This document shows positions 1-11,676 of a stretch of DNA of 64,000 nucleotides, piece after piece. The notes below the pieces were generated by a model, which saw only the letters and a list, made by a program, of their open reading frames with translations, ran no database searches and had not been told where the DNA came from. The translations under genes were made by a program, and so were the position numbers. Source of the stretch: Phaeosaccion multiseriatum (lineage: Eukaryota; Protista; Ochrophyta, other classes); NCBI GenBank assembly GCA_965112735.1, contig OZ218953.1, positions 4,836,001 through 4,900,000 on the forward strand, read 5' to 3'. Numbering within the stretch: position 1 is the first letter of the stretch; each line of letters starts with the position of its first letter.

Positions 1-744
1 GGAAGTAAGAATGCCCATGGACGGGTCCGGCAAGACCGCGCGCATCCCCCCGACTTGGAGGCTTCAGGTGAGCATGAGCGGATGCTGGAGATGTAGTAGT
101 CTCCGCGTATCTCCCTGATGAGGAGCTAGCTCAGTGCTTGTAGGAAGCAAGTACGTCTCGCGTAGTCTTTCGGAGAGTCCGTGTAGCTCACTGCCAACCT
201 CACACAAGCAGCCCATCCTTTCCCAACCTGTCCCCTTTCTTAACGCTCGCTCCAGCTTTGGGTTGAGTCCGCAGCCCTAGCAGACAGGGGCGTGTCGGGC
301 TTCTTCTACAGGGACGACCTCACGGAGTTCACGCCCTTGTCCCACCTGTGCGCGATGATCGCTCAGCAGGTCGAGAGGGAGCTTCTTCGGAAAAGCGAGC
401 AGCGGCGACAGAAACGGCAGCAGAAACGGCAGCAGCAGCAGCAGCAGCAGCACCTGAATGGTGGGGGCAACAGCAATCTTGCTAGCATGGGGGTGGAGAT
501 GATAGGGGAGCGTAGAGTCGGGGCGCCTCGCTTCAAGATCGACGCCAAGACTGGACGACGTGTAGATACTGCAGTACAGGGGAGGGAGGGGGGGGGGCAG
601 GAAGTCATACCGGCGGTGCGAGTCCTCCTCACGCTCCGTGGGGAACAAGTGTGCTTGGATAATGCCACGGTGGGAGAGGTGGATCTTTTCAACCGACAGC
701 AAGAGCTGGGGGCAGAGGTCAGGATTGAGGACCCCCAAAGGTAG
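1..744 (+). CDS. 3' end of a hypothetical protein gene (partial; last exons)
   Basis: Donor GTGAGC at 68 and an acceptor near 280-287; the terminal exon frame (292-744) encodes a polyQ-containing globular-looking C-terminus and ends in TAG. No family recognised. Confidence 0.45.
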
Positions 745-1139
745 CCCACTGCCCCGCTACACGAGATGGATGCCACTTGCATTTACGGAGGGGTGGGCTG
801 TCACGCTCACGAGCGGGCGTTCAGATGGTATAGATACAGTGAATGTATTATAAACTTGGAAGAGTATAGATTGAACACACCAACATCCACCCTTTTTGGG
901 GCAGAGGGTGTGGGGGCGGGGCGAGGCCCTTATTTCCATCTTTCCATCTATGCTCTATTCAACGAAAACCGAAACGGCCGCTCATACCCATCTCCCCCTC
1001 CCCCGCTCACAGTGTCACGTCACCAACCCCTGACCCACGTTAACGAACCAACCCTGTGTCGATCAGTTCCAAAGCCCCCAACCCATCTCCCCCCCCTTCA
1101 TAGTTATCTCCTCCTCTCGTCCTTGCGTGGACTGCTGAA

Positions 1140-3230
1140 TCACAGCCCCTTATCCCCCAGCCTGAACATGCCCTTGAGCATCTCAATGGTCTGCTTCTTG
1201 GACTCGGGCCCCTCTGGCGCGCGAAGGGCGGACATGGGGCCGTGAAGCATCTTGTTGACAATGCCTCTGGAGATCTTCTCTACCACCTCCCGCTCCTTGT
1301 CGCTCAGGTTGGACAGCTTGCTGCTGGCCTTCTTTAGCTCGGTCTGGCGCATGCCCTCAAACTTCTCCTGCATCTTGCTGATGGCAGGGATGGCAGACAG
1401 AGACTGTTGCCAGCCCCTGTTAAGACGCAAAACAAACGAGAGGAGGAGGAGGGCAGGGAAGGGAGAGGAGACGTGAGGACAGGGAAAAGAAGCGCAAAAA
1501 AAGTACGGCACGACAAACCTGCACAAAGTAAAGTGAATGCACATACAACAACCGCACCCACCGCCAGGCCCACACCCGTCCACCCTCTCTTGAATACCTG
1601 TGCAACAAATACCGCACCTGAACTTGAGCTGCTCCTCCTCCAAGATGCCCTCCGCCTCCATCATCTCGCGCCTGCGCAGCGCCGTGTTCTTGGCCACCAC
1701 CATCTTGAGGTCGTCCACATCGTAGGCAGACACGCCCTCAATCTCGTCGCAGCCTGACTCCACGTTACGAGGCACGGAGATGTCCAAAAACATGACGGGC
1801 TTATCCTTGCCCGCTCCGAGCCGGGCCAATTGCTCCTTGGTGACGATGCAGGCGGGGGCATTGGTGGAGGTGTAGAGAATGTCCGCCTCCAAGATTGCCT
1901 GCTCCAGGTCCGCCTCTCCGCCCCCGACACGAACGTCAAACTCCATGTCTGGGAACTCCTCCATCAACTCGGTGCAGCGAGGCATGCTCCTGTTCACCAA
2001 GATCACCTTCTTGACCCCCAAACTGCTCATATGCACAAGCAGGAGGCGAGACATGGTGCCGGCTCCGATGATGGCGAGCTTGGAGTCGAGGAAGGGCCTG
2101 CCGGTGTCCTTGAAGGCGCGGAGGTTTGAGAACTCCACTGCCGCACTGGAGATGGACACGGCCCCCTTGGAAATGGAGGTTTCCGAGCGCACGCGCTTGC
2201 CCGCCGACACGGCCGTGTTGAGCAGCCTCGACACCACCTTGCCGGCCCGCCCGTCTTCCTCCGTGCCGTGAATGTAGCACTGGCGCACCTGACTGAGAAT
2301 CTGGCCCTCTCCCACCACGAGCGAGTCGAGGCCTGCGCTGACTCGCAGCAAGTGCCACACGGCATCTTCTCCACTTAGCATGAACAAGCTCTGGCGAAGC
2401 ACGCTCTGCGACAGGCCCGACCTCTCGCACAGCATGTTGATGGCCTCTCGAATGCCCGCGCGAGAGTCGTGGCAAGCCACATAAATCTCAAAGCGGTTGC
2501 ACGTGGACAGGGTAGCAGCCTCCTGAATGTGGGGGTTGGACACCAGGCCCTCCGAGTGCGCATTCCACTCCGCCTCGGGCACGGCGAGCTTCTCCCGAAC
2601 CTCCACCGCTGCATTGTGGTGACTGAGTCCAATCACGTGCACCTCCAACGCCTTCCCAGCAGCCGCCTGGCGCGCCTTCTTGTCCATCTTCTGCTTCTTT
2701 GGGGGGTCCAAAATGGCCTTCTCCTCCGCCACCGCGCCAGCCGTCGCCACGGCCTCCTCCTCAGCCACCACCGGAGCAGGGGGGGCGACGGTGGCCGTCG
2801 AGGACGCTAGAGCAGACACACGTCGGGCATGCAGAGGAGTCTTCCTGCGGCGGTGGAACGACGCCGTCTCCCCGGGCTGGGACAGTGACATGACTCTGCT
2901 CTTGTCCACCGAGACGCCAATGCTGCTCGTCTCCTCCAAACCTCCTCCACTCCAGGACGACGAGGACAAGGCAAGCGCAGAAGGCGAAGTACCGTCGGCC
3001 ATCGTCCGACGAATATGGGGCGATGTCACGCAAACGGAGTGAGCCTGCCCGCCAACTGCGGATCGGCCCGAGGTGAACCTCGCAATGGGACATGAGCTGC
3101 TGCCGCCACTCCTGCCGTTACTGCCCCTCGCCGTGGCTGGGAAGGACGGCATGTAGCCCCGCGCGAGCCCGCATAGAAGCAACAGGTGTAGCCCCACCAG
3201 GCGAATAAACGCAGCCACCGGGCAGCCCAT
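1140..3230 (-). CDS. hemA: Glutamyl-tRNA reductase, plastid-targeted (exons 3230-1618, 1416-1140)
   Basis: Motifs LSTCNR.EIY, GLDSLVVGEGQILSQV, NADPH-binding IIGAGTM, DISVPRNV and C-terminal IVNKMLHGP. GT-AG intron 1617-1417 (201 nt, in frame). N-terminal signal peptide (..LARG-YM) followed by a Ser/Arg-rich transit peptide. Confidence 0.96.
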   Translation of the reverse strand: MGCPVAAFIRLVGLHLLLLCGLARGYMPSFPATARGSNGRSGGSSSCPIARFTSGRSAVGGQAHSVCVTSPHIRRTMADGTSPSALALSSSSWSGGGLEETSSIGVSVDKSRVMSLSQPGETASFHRRRKTPLHARRVSALASSTATVAPPAPVVAEEEAVATAGAVAEEKAILDPPKKQKMDKKARQAAAGKALEVHVIGLSHHNAAVEVREKLAVPEAEWNAHSEGLVSNPHIQEAATLSTCNRFEIYVACHDSRAGIREAINMLCERSGLSQSVLRQSLFMLSGEDAVWHLLRVSAGLDSLVVGEGQILSQVRQCYIHGTEEDGRAGKVVSRLLNTAVSAGKRVRSETSISKGAVSISSAAVEFSNLRAFKDTGRPFLDSKLAIIGAGTMSRLLLVHMSSLGVKKVILVNRSMPRCTELMEEFPDMEFDVRVGGGEADLEQAILEADILYTSTNAPACIVTKEQLARLGAGKDKPVMFLDISVPRNVESGCDEIEGVSAYDVDDLKMVVAKNTALRRREMMEAEGILEEEQLKFRCGICCTGIQERVDGCGPGGGCGCCMCIHFTLCRFVVPYFFCASFPCPHVSSPFPALLLLSFVLRLNRGWQQSLSAIPAISKMQEKFEGMRQTELKKASSKLSNLSDKEREVVEKISRGIVNKMLHGPMSALRAPEGPESKKQTIEMLKGMFRLGDKGL

Positions 3231-3560
3231 GGTGCTTCTGCAAAGAGAGACGGAGGGGGTGGGAGGTTTGGGAAAGTGAGATTTAGCATGAAAACGTCAC
3301 TAACCTCCCCCCCAGCCCCCCGCCCCGCACTTTCAAGCTCTGCGCCTCACCTGCACACGCCCTTAGCTGCTGGTTCTCCTCGGCCGCTGCCTCTCTCTAT
3401 TATATTAGCTCTGGTCTAATCAGTGCAAGAAGTTGAGGATGGAGAGTTGGGAGATTGTGGGGAGAGTCAGGGTGTAAGCCCCCTGGGGAAATCAATTACG
3501 TAATATTTCCTCGTATGTCAACTGTTGCATTCCTCTCTTTCTTATTATTGGCGACAGAGC

Positions 3561-6500
3561 ATGTCACGCCCCCCCTTGGTGGGTGAAGGGGTGCTTAAGC
3601 TGCATCGACAGCAGCAGGCCGCAGCATCAGCATCGGCATCAGCAGCAGCAGCAGCGGCGGCGGCGGCAGCAGCTTCGGCAGTAGCGCTTTCGGAACCGCG
3701 TCTCCAGGCATCTCAGCAGCAGCAGCAGCCAGTGATGTCAACAGCCCAGCCAGTGATGCAGCAGCCGACTGGGCCTCCGAGAGAGGTTCCCCTGGAGGAA
3801 GACATGAAGGTCCCCCCTCGAGCCACGCACTGGGCATGGAAGCACACGAGAGACGGTACGTTCACAAACAGCACCACTTATATTTCGAGTTTCACTGAAA
3901 GAAAACTACGCTCCGCAATCTGCCACCCTCTCCTCCATACTCCCTCCCTCCCTCCCTCCCTCCCTCCCCATTCCAACTCTTCCGCCCGCGCCCAGGGGAA
4001 GGCGTGTTTAGACTCATTTATGCGGGGGCGTCCACGCTGCAAGGCAAAGTGTGGTGCTTCTCGTGCCGAAAGGCCTTCTCCTACAGCAACAGCACCACTA
4101 ATCTTGTGAACCACATCCGCAGTGCTCACAAGAGCTTGTACACGAAGCACCAGAAAGAGGCCGATTCACCCGTCGGGAGCAGCGGGAGTGGACTGGGCAG
4201 CGGAACTCGTGTGGGAGACGGCAAGGGAGACGGTAGAAGTAGCGAAAGCCATGGTAGTGCTGGTCGGGAGCACACGAAGCGTACTACGGAGAAAAGCACG
4301 ATGGAGGTTGTGGCTTCTTCGCAGGCCAAGGTGACCGGTAAGTCGGCCTTTCGCTCTGCCTATGTGCAGTGGCTCATCTCAGACCTCTCGCTGCCTCTGG
4401 ACATTGGTGAGACGGACCACTTTATGAGAATGGTGCGGGCCGCCAGTGGCCGCCTCATGCCACCTTCGAGGGCTGTAGTAGAGAGCGATATGCGCGAGCT
4501 GCATGACTACTGCCTGGAGCTGGTCAAGAGCGCCGTTGCAGGGCAACACGTGGCCATGGCTACGCACGAGCGCGTGGCCACAACAGGAGAGGTGTATGTT
4601 TCCGTCGTTGGTCGCTTCATTGGTCAGTCCTGGGATGGGGTGACGCTTACGTTGAGCAGCAGAGGCTTCAGCTGTCTCGTAGGACCTGACCAGCTGGCTG
4701 GCGAGTTGATATCGGCACTCAAGTCGCACGGCCTGAACACGGACTGTGTTCTGACTTTCACCGCATCGACAGCACCAGCGCAAGCGTACCTCAGCCCTTC
4801 CATTGGGACCGCAACTGCATCCGCTCCTTCTGCTGCTACTGCCCTTGAAGGGGACAACAAACTCGCGCACCTCACGGCCGCCATGGGGCTGGAATTTGTT
4901 CCATGCTTCTCTCGCGGAATGGATAGTCTAGTCAGCCCGCAGCTGAGCACGACGTTCACGGGGTTGCTTGAGTTGTGTGACAAAGTCTCCAAGTTGGTGA
5001 CGTATCTCAAGTATTCTATGAGTACCACAAGCAGTGGGGCTGCTCCTGCTTTCAGCGGCGTCCAAGGAGCAAGGTTGGGCAGCAGTGGCAGTGGCAGGGG
5101 CGTCCGCGGCATTGATGTAGCCAAGCTGGTCGCGGCCCTGCAAGGGCGGTCCGGTTTTCAAGCCCGTCACTGGTCCACCCTGTACGGAATAACGACCGCA
5201 GTGTTAGAGCAGGAAGTCGCTCTCCGGGCCCTATTCCCCCCCGTTGCGGCAAGGTGTAGTGAGAATGGCGTGAATGGGAGCTCTCCAGCAGCACTGCCCG
5301 TGGAGCTGATGCTGGAGGAGCGGGAATGGGCGTTGATACGTGATGTGGCGACTGTGCTGACGCCCTTCTCGGACGCGCAAGACATGCTGTTTTCGGAGAG
5401 ATTCGTGACGCTGTCTTGGATTCCCGTCATCGTGTCCCATCTCTGCACGAGTCTAAAGGTGCGCGGAAGAGGAGAGTGGGACAAAGGGAGATGCAACGGA
5501 TTTTGAGGCTGTTTGCTGGAGTGCGCGGACTAAAGTAGAGAGTATCATTCACAGGGGCCTCATTCTGTGACTCGCGAGCCCACTCCCTACCTCTAGCCGC
5601 ACTCCAAGCTCCCTGAACAGTCTTTGTCCCTATGTCCCCCTAATCTGCCTCTTGCCCCTCCCGACACTGGTGCTTGCCAATTGCTCGTTTCCTTTTCCTG
5701 TCGTTGCCATTTGCCCGTATGGATCTCGATTTCTGTCCCCCATCTCCCCGTCGCTGTCCCCTGCAAACCTTCGCCTCCACAGGGGCTTGCGAGTCACCGT
5801 GATGATGTGAGTGATAGCGTCAAGACGTGTGCTGCAGCCCTGCAGGAGGTGCTTCACACTGCGTGGGCGACACTGCCCGACTGTACGGTGATTGCTGCGA
5901 TGGTGGATCCTCGCACAAAGTCCTTGTCGTGGCTAAGCTGCCAAGAAAGCAGCAACGCGGATGATACCACGTCGGCAGGGCAAGGGGGCAGTGGTGGTGA
6001 TGAGACAAACAAGGGTATTCCCGCCGGCCTCGTGGACTTCCGCGGGCGGGGTATGAGGCTGGTCAGAGCAGAGATGGAGGTGGTGGCGGGTGATGTGTTG
6101 AGCCCTGCGACATCGGGGGTGGAGGTGCGGCTCGGTCAGCAGCAGCAGCAGCAGCAGCAGCAACCGCTCCATAACGTCACGACGAGTGGAGGCGAAGGAG
6201 CAGGAGGAGCAGGAGAAGCGGGGCAACAGGAGGAAGGTGATGGAGAAGACCGCTTTCGATTGCACCGGAAGCGAAAGAGGCCAAGCGATGCATCTGCTGC
6301 CTCGGCTCCTCCTCCTCCTCCTCCTCCTCCTCCCAGCCTGGCGCTTTCGGAGGAGGAGAGGGCTTCTCTTGTCGCTGTGACGCTTTCGCGGGAGGAGAGG
6401 GCTTCTCTTGTCGCTGCTGCCGCCGTCGCCACCACTGCTGCTGTCCATTCTGCTGCGAGTGCCGCGGAAGTGACGCGCCAAGACCCTGCTGGTGCTGGTG

Positions 6501-6973
6501 CTGGTGCTGGTGCTGCTGGTGGTGGTGCTGCTGCAGAGCCTCCAGGCGTTGGGGTGCCAGAGCTAATAGCGCAGGAGCTCCAAGCCTTCACGAGTACCCC
6601 GGGTATTGATTTCGCTGGGGACCCGCTGGAGTGGTGGAAAGCTCGAGACGCCGCCCCCCACTTCCCCTGCCTGAGCAGAGTGGCACGCAAGTTCCTTGCC
6701 ATTCCAGCCACGACGCGGACTTCTCCTTTGGCGGATGCTCTCTTGAGCACCCACCTGGCGAAGCACACTGCGGGGGGCGGGGGGGGTTATGTCGGGCCCG
6801 CTTCTGCTGCCCCTGCGCATGGAGGGGCGGGGGCAGCAGACGGGGGTTCAGACGGAGTCGGGGGGGGGGCGGCCGAAGCAGCAGCTGATCTTGTGGGGCA
6901 GCGTATTCTCCTCCACGGCAGCTTGGACCAAGCTACACGATTGGACCAAGCTACGCGATGTAAAAAACAATGA
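3561..6973 (+). CDS. hAT-transposase-derived BED zinc finger protein (ZBED-like), probably domesticated and inactive (exons 3561-3855, 3996-5458, 5783-6973)
   Basis: BED finger (HWAWKH...CFSC...STTNLVNHIRSAH), hAT core remnants (WSTLY, EREWALIRDVATVLTPF, AAMVDPRTK) and hATC dimerisation motif DPLEWWK...FPCLSRVARKFLAIPAT. Splice phases are consistent. No TIRs seen. Confidence 0.85.
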
Positions 6974-7156
6974 CTAGCCGCTTAAGCCAAGGGTATTTAC
7001 TTGACAAGGGCCGGACAAGGGCCAGACCCAGCTCCAGTTTCAGTTTCAGATTCCTTTCCAACACTTCTCCTCTCTCTCCCTCCTCTCTCCTCTCTTGTGT
7101 CTCTGTCCCTCTGTCCGGGCCTATGCTCAAGCCGGACAGTCGAATAGACAAAGATC

Positions 7157-10100
7157 ATGCCGAAGAGAGCGCTTGGTGCGTGTGCCGTGCTGTCTTACGC
7201 GGTACTTGTGGAGGGTTTCAGCAGCACGCTCACCACCACGAGAAGTTGCACTACGCTAAGGAGCAGCTGTAGTAGCAGCGGCAACACCAATTGGCAGACA
7301 TGGCTCAAGCAGCAGCACCACCAGACAGCCGTGAAAAGGATGGGGCGGAGACAATCTACGCAGCAGGGACGTGGCTTGAGCTTGAGCGGTCTGTGTGGCC
7401 GTGGTGGTGGCACAGGTGTGGCGATGGCAGCCAAGAGTGCTGAGGAGGAGGAGGAAGAGAAGGCGGAAATGGAAGAGCTGGAACAGTTGCGGCAGTCGAC
7501 TCTATCTGCGTGGAAAACCATGGCGAAATCTGGGCAGCTCGAGGAGGGAAAAGTGAGTCAGCTCTCCGTTCAGAGGCTTTTGTGTGTGTTGGAAAGGGGG
7601 CGAGAAAAGGGAGCTCACCAACAGTTGGTTCATCCCCTCGTCCACCACCTTATCCTCCCTCCTCCCAACCTGTCAACTCTTCATGTCCTCCTGTCTCCTC
7701 CAATCCCGAACCTGAGCTTTTCTCTCGCCTTGTATCAAACTTCCAGCTGACCACGCACACCCTACTTTCTCCGCATGAACTCCAGATTAGACGACAGCTA
7801 GAAGAAGAGGCGACTATGGACGCGCTCATGGAGGAGGAAATGGCTCGGATTGGCGGAAAGTCAAGCAGGAGAAGCTTGATCAAGGAGAAGCTGCAGGAGG
7901 GGGAGGGAAGGGGGCAAACGCAGCTGTCGGACGATGACTTGCTCTTCGGCGGCGATGAGGACGACGAGGACTTCAACGCCTTCTTTCAGCAAGGACTGCA
8001 GCGGCAGCAGCAAGGTTGGCTGGGCTCGGGGGGCCAGGGAGGGGGGCGCTCCAGGAAGAAGGGGGAGGAGGAAGAGGAGCTAGAGCGGCGAAGGCTGGAA
8101 GCCTCGTTACCCGACTGGAGAGGCGTATTTACCACTGTACGGTCAAGGAGGGAGAGGGACAGGGCCAGAGCGAACCCCCGAGCGGCTGCGGGTATGCCCA
8201 TCATCAAGGCCTCTCAGGAGACACAGCAGCTCAAGGCGGAACAGGCAGCAGAGGCGGCGAGAGTGGCAAAACAGGCCAAGAAAAAGGCCAAAAAGGCCAC
8301 TCAGGGGGACTCGGAAGCCTCGCGGATGCTCAAGGAGATGGGTATGCAGATTGCAATGCCGCTGGAAGAAGTCGCGGACGACGACATCTTGTTGGATCCT
8401 CAGGTGGACCCTTTTGCAGAGTACGACGACGACGAGCTGATTTGGGACGAGCAGGAGTGGCCAGAGGACGAGGAGGAGGACGAGGACAGGGAAGAGAAGG
8501 AAGGAGGCGAGGAAGAGGAGGACGAGGAGTGGGAGTGGGATTACGATGATGAAAAGGAAGAACCCCACAAGGATGATGCGTCCACGTTGAGCACCCCCGT
8601 GGCCTTTTCTGATCCATACGCCGAAGAAGACGAGAACTTCTACAGTCTCTTCTCCTTTAAGGAGCCCGCTTCCTTGCGCGGTTGGCTCAAGGCGATACGA
8701 GACGCTGACGCCGACGAGAGGGACGCCCGACTGGTGCATGCCATTGCACGAAAGGCCGCGGGAGTGGCGGAGAGCAAGGGGCTGGCCAGGGATGAGCTGT
8801 ACATCGAGGCCATGCGGATCGTTGCGAGGCTGGGGCGGCTGGACCTGGCGCTTGAGGTGGAGAAGCTTCGGATGCGCCTGCTCAAGAAGACTGTGCTGCA
8901 GGGGTATGACATGACAATGACCGTGGGGTTGGCCGTGGCGTGCCTACGCAACAATCAACCGGCGGATGTCGACATGCTTCTGGAGCAGACGGGTCGCTCG
9001 GTGGGCGAGAAGGGTGTGTTTGCAATACTTTCGGCGGTGCTACCGGAGAAGCTGGATCTGCTGCTGAAAAGCCAGGCTGAGGCGGCCGCGGCAGTCGGGG
9101 GTTCGAAAGAGGCGAGTCGAGGTCCGGCAAGGTGGGAGACCGAGGGTAGGCCGGCGATCAAGGACAAGGGCAAGAGGAGGGAGGGAAAGAGGACAGGGGA
9201 GCAAAAGCCTCTCTCCACGGCGGAGCTTGCTATAGTCGCACAAGTGGACGGCGTGGTGGAGGAACTCTTTGCGCTGGGGAGCAAGGCGGTTGGCCCCAAG
9301 GCCGTGAAGCTGGACGCGAGCTGCTACAATGCATTCATCCGTCTTCTCGGCAAGGCGGCCCGCCTAGACGACGTGATGCGAGTACTCGACCACATGAAGG
9401 ACGACTGCGGCATCATGCCCAACATGGAGACGTACGAGTTTTTGACCAATGCCTTTGTCAAGGATGTGCAGTTTGACGTGCAGAGCATCAGCATGGCCAC
9501 GCTGCCCAAAACCTCCCTGCCCGAAGTGGTGTTTGCCGGACGCTCCAATGTGGGCAAGAGCAGTCTCGTCAACATGATGGTGAACCGTAAGACACTTGCC
9601 CCGATGAGTGATCGACCTGGCTTCACGCAGCATTTCAACTACTACATTGTCAACAAGGACCGCCCGGACATGCCCTCCTTCTATCTCGTGGATGTGCCGG
9701 GCTTGGGTTACGCGGAGGCGGCCGTGGGGAGGATTGACTCGTGGCGGAACACCCTGCAAGTAAGTGTCCCTCTTCTGTCCCCCTTCCATTCCTCTTCCCA
9801 TGCTCCCCATCTTGATCCTCACACTTTCACACGCATGCTTTCTCTCTCCTGCACACACAAACCACTCCCACAGCGCTACATTGCCGTCCGGGAGAACCTG
9901 ACCGCCATCTTCCATCTCATTGATGTGCGCACGGGCCCGCAGCCCACGGACCGGGACCTGATGGAGATGGTGAAGGAGTACAAGCTGGAGGGCAGCAAGT
10001 ACTTTGTCGTGCTCACCAAGTGCGACAAGGTCAAGGACAGTCAGATCGAAAAAGTGCTCCAGGAGGTGGCTGAAGTGCTTCCGCATTTCTCCCTGAGCGA

Positions 10101-10278
10101 TGACGAAGGTGCCGGTGACAACAGCCAATCCGATGCAGCAGCAGCAGCAGCAGCAGTGGGTGGGGGAGAAGGGGACAGGCAGTCGCAGATAGAGGGGGTC
10201 AAGGTGATGCTTTCGAGCTCCAAATCTCGCTTGGGCCGGGACGACTTATGGAAGGCGCTCATGACGGCGGTGCTCTAA
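7157..10278 (+). CDS. engB: EngB/YihA-family ribosome-biogenesis GTPase with an upstream PPR-like repeat, probably plastid-targeted (exons 7157-7552, 7786-9759, 9874-10278)
   Basis: PEVVFAGRSNVGKSS (G1), DVPGLGYA (G3), TKCD (G4). PPR-like repeat CYNAFIRLLGKAARLDDVMRVLDHMKDDCGIMPN. Signal peptide ending VEG-FS. Confidence 0.88.
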
Positions 10279-10317
10279 GGAATGCACAGAGCATAATATA
10301 AAATCGGATGTAGTTAG

Positions 10318-11040
10318 TGTTATCGACCACATTCTCGATAGCATGCTATCGGCCGCCGGCCGATAGCAAATAGCACGCCGGCTGGCGCCGGCGATAGCAG
10401 ATAGCACACCAGTAGCGGATAGGCGGCCCAAATCGCGCCGAGAGCCTCAACAACGCGTCGGGTCAGTCCACAGAATTTGATCAATCCCGCTTTTTTTTCT
10501 GCCCGGGGTCCCTAAAGGGGACTTGTACTGCCCAGAACACGAATGGGAGTGGAGAGCACCAAGGAAGGCAGTAGAGGAGAGGGACAGGCTTCATGCGAGT
10601 ATCTAGGGACGTGCTCAGCATCATAGAGCAGGGCAAAAAAGAGGTAGGGTTGGGGGAGAGGGGTGGTCTGAAGTGGCTGAAAGAAGGCCAGCGACGACGT
10701 CCGCGCTGGCGCATGACTTTGAAGTACAATTTTTTTGGCCCCATCATCTGTCGCGAAGCCAGCCTAGGCTAATGAAGCCCCAATCAACTGGGCTGAAACC
10801 CGTCCAACACTAAAGTAACCCCGGATAGCCGATGCCAGCGGTACCATGGTACCATGCTCAAGCGGACGCGCGTCAGAGCGCGTCAGGGGCTGGCGGAACA
10901 AGCCCACTGAGCCCACCATTGACACAGCAGGCGCAGCGCGGCCGGCCGGCCGGTAGCAGGTCAAAGCCGGCTGTATACATGATAGCATGCCGGCTGGCGC
11001 CGGCGATCCTGGCGATGGCGCGATGGTAGTTCGCAGATAG
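10318..11040. mobile_element. Degenerate remnant of the TCGACCCCTG-terminus element family seen at 55.7-56.5 kb
   Basis: 10321-10420 and 10953-11005 match the reverse complement of 55803-55876 and 55690-55752 (e.g. CATTCTCGATAGCATGCT, TAGCAGGTCAA.GCCGGCTG). TIR-like GCGCGTCAGGGG near 10878-10889. Confidence 0.7.
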
Positions 11041-11676
11041 ATTTATAGGTATGGAGGCCTCCGTAGGCGCCATTAACGGCCCCCCCCTCAAACTGGTAAA
11101 GACGAAAATGGATGAGATACAATACAGCATCTATTACATCGTCGCCCCTTCCAGCTCATGTTAGTACCCTTGTAGGAAGGGACTGTTGAGCAGGGGGGAC
11201 GGGACGGTCGGTAATTGGAGGAGAGGCGGAAGGGGGGGCGGTAGCCCTTACCCTGAGTGCTGCCACACCTGCTGGCCGGACACCGAAAAGGACGGATATC
11301 GCTATGTACTCTTCGCTAAGTGTTTGCTGCTAGCCGCCAGGCCTGCCTGGCTTGTGGAGATGGCAGATGCAAAGGCGGAAAAGCGCAGGTGCAACCGGTA
11401 ATAAAACAGCAGTTCGAAATCGAAGGAGACGGGCAAGCAATCTGGTGGGCGTGGCGTGGGACGGGGTGGGAGGGAAAGGGAGGGAAAGGGAGGGGAAGGG
11501 AGGCATTGTTTTGCCCTGGAGGGGGCAAACCCCAGAAAGGAGCTACGTTACTGGGGGAGAAGTTGCTGGCGTGGGGCGGACTGGTGCCCAAGAGCGGCGG
11601 CCCCGGGAGCAATAGTGTAAGCGCCTCTGCGGCGGGTGCAAACGCAGAGGCGCTTGCGAACCCAGCAGCTGGGAAT

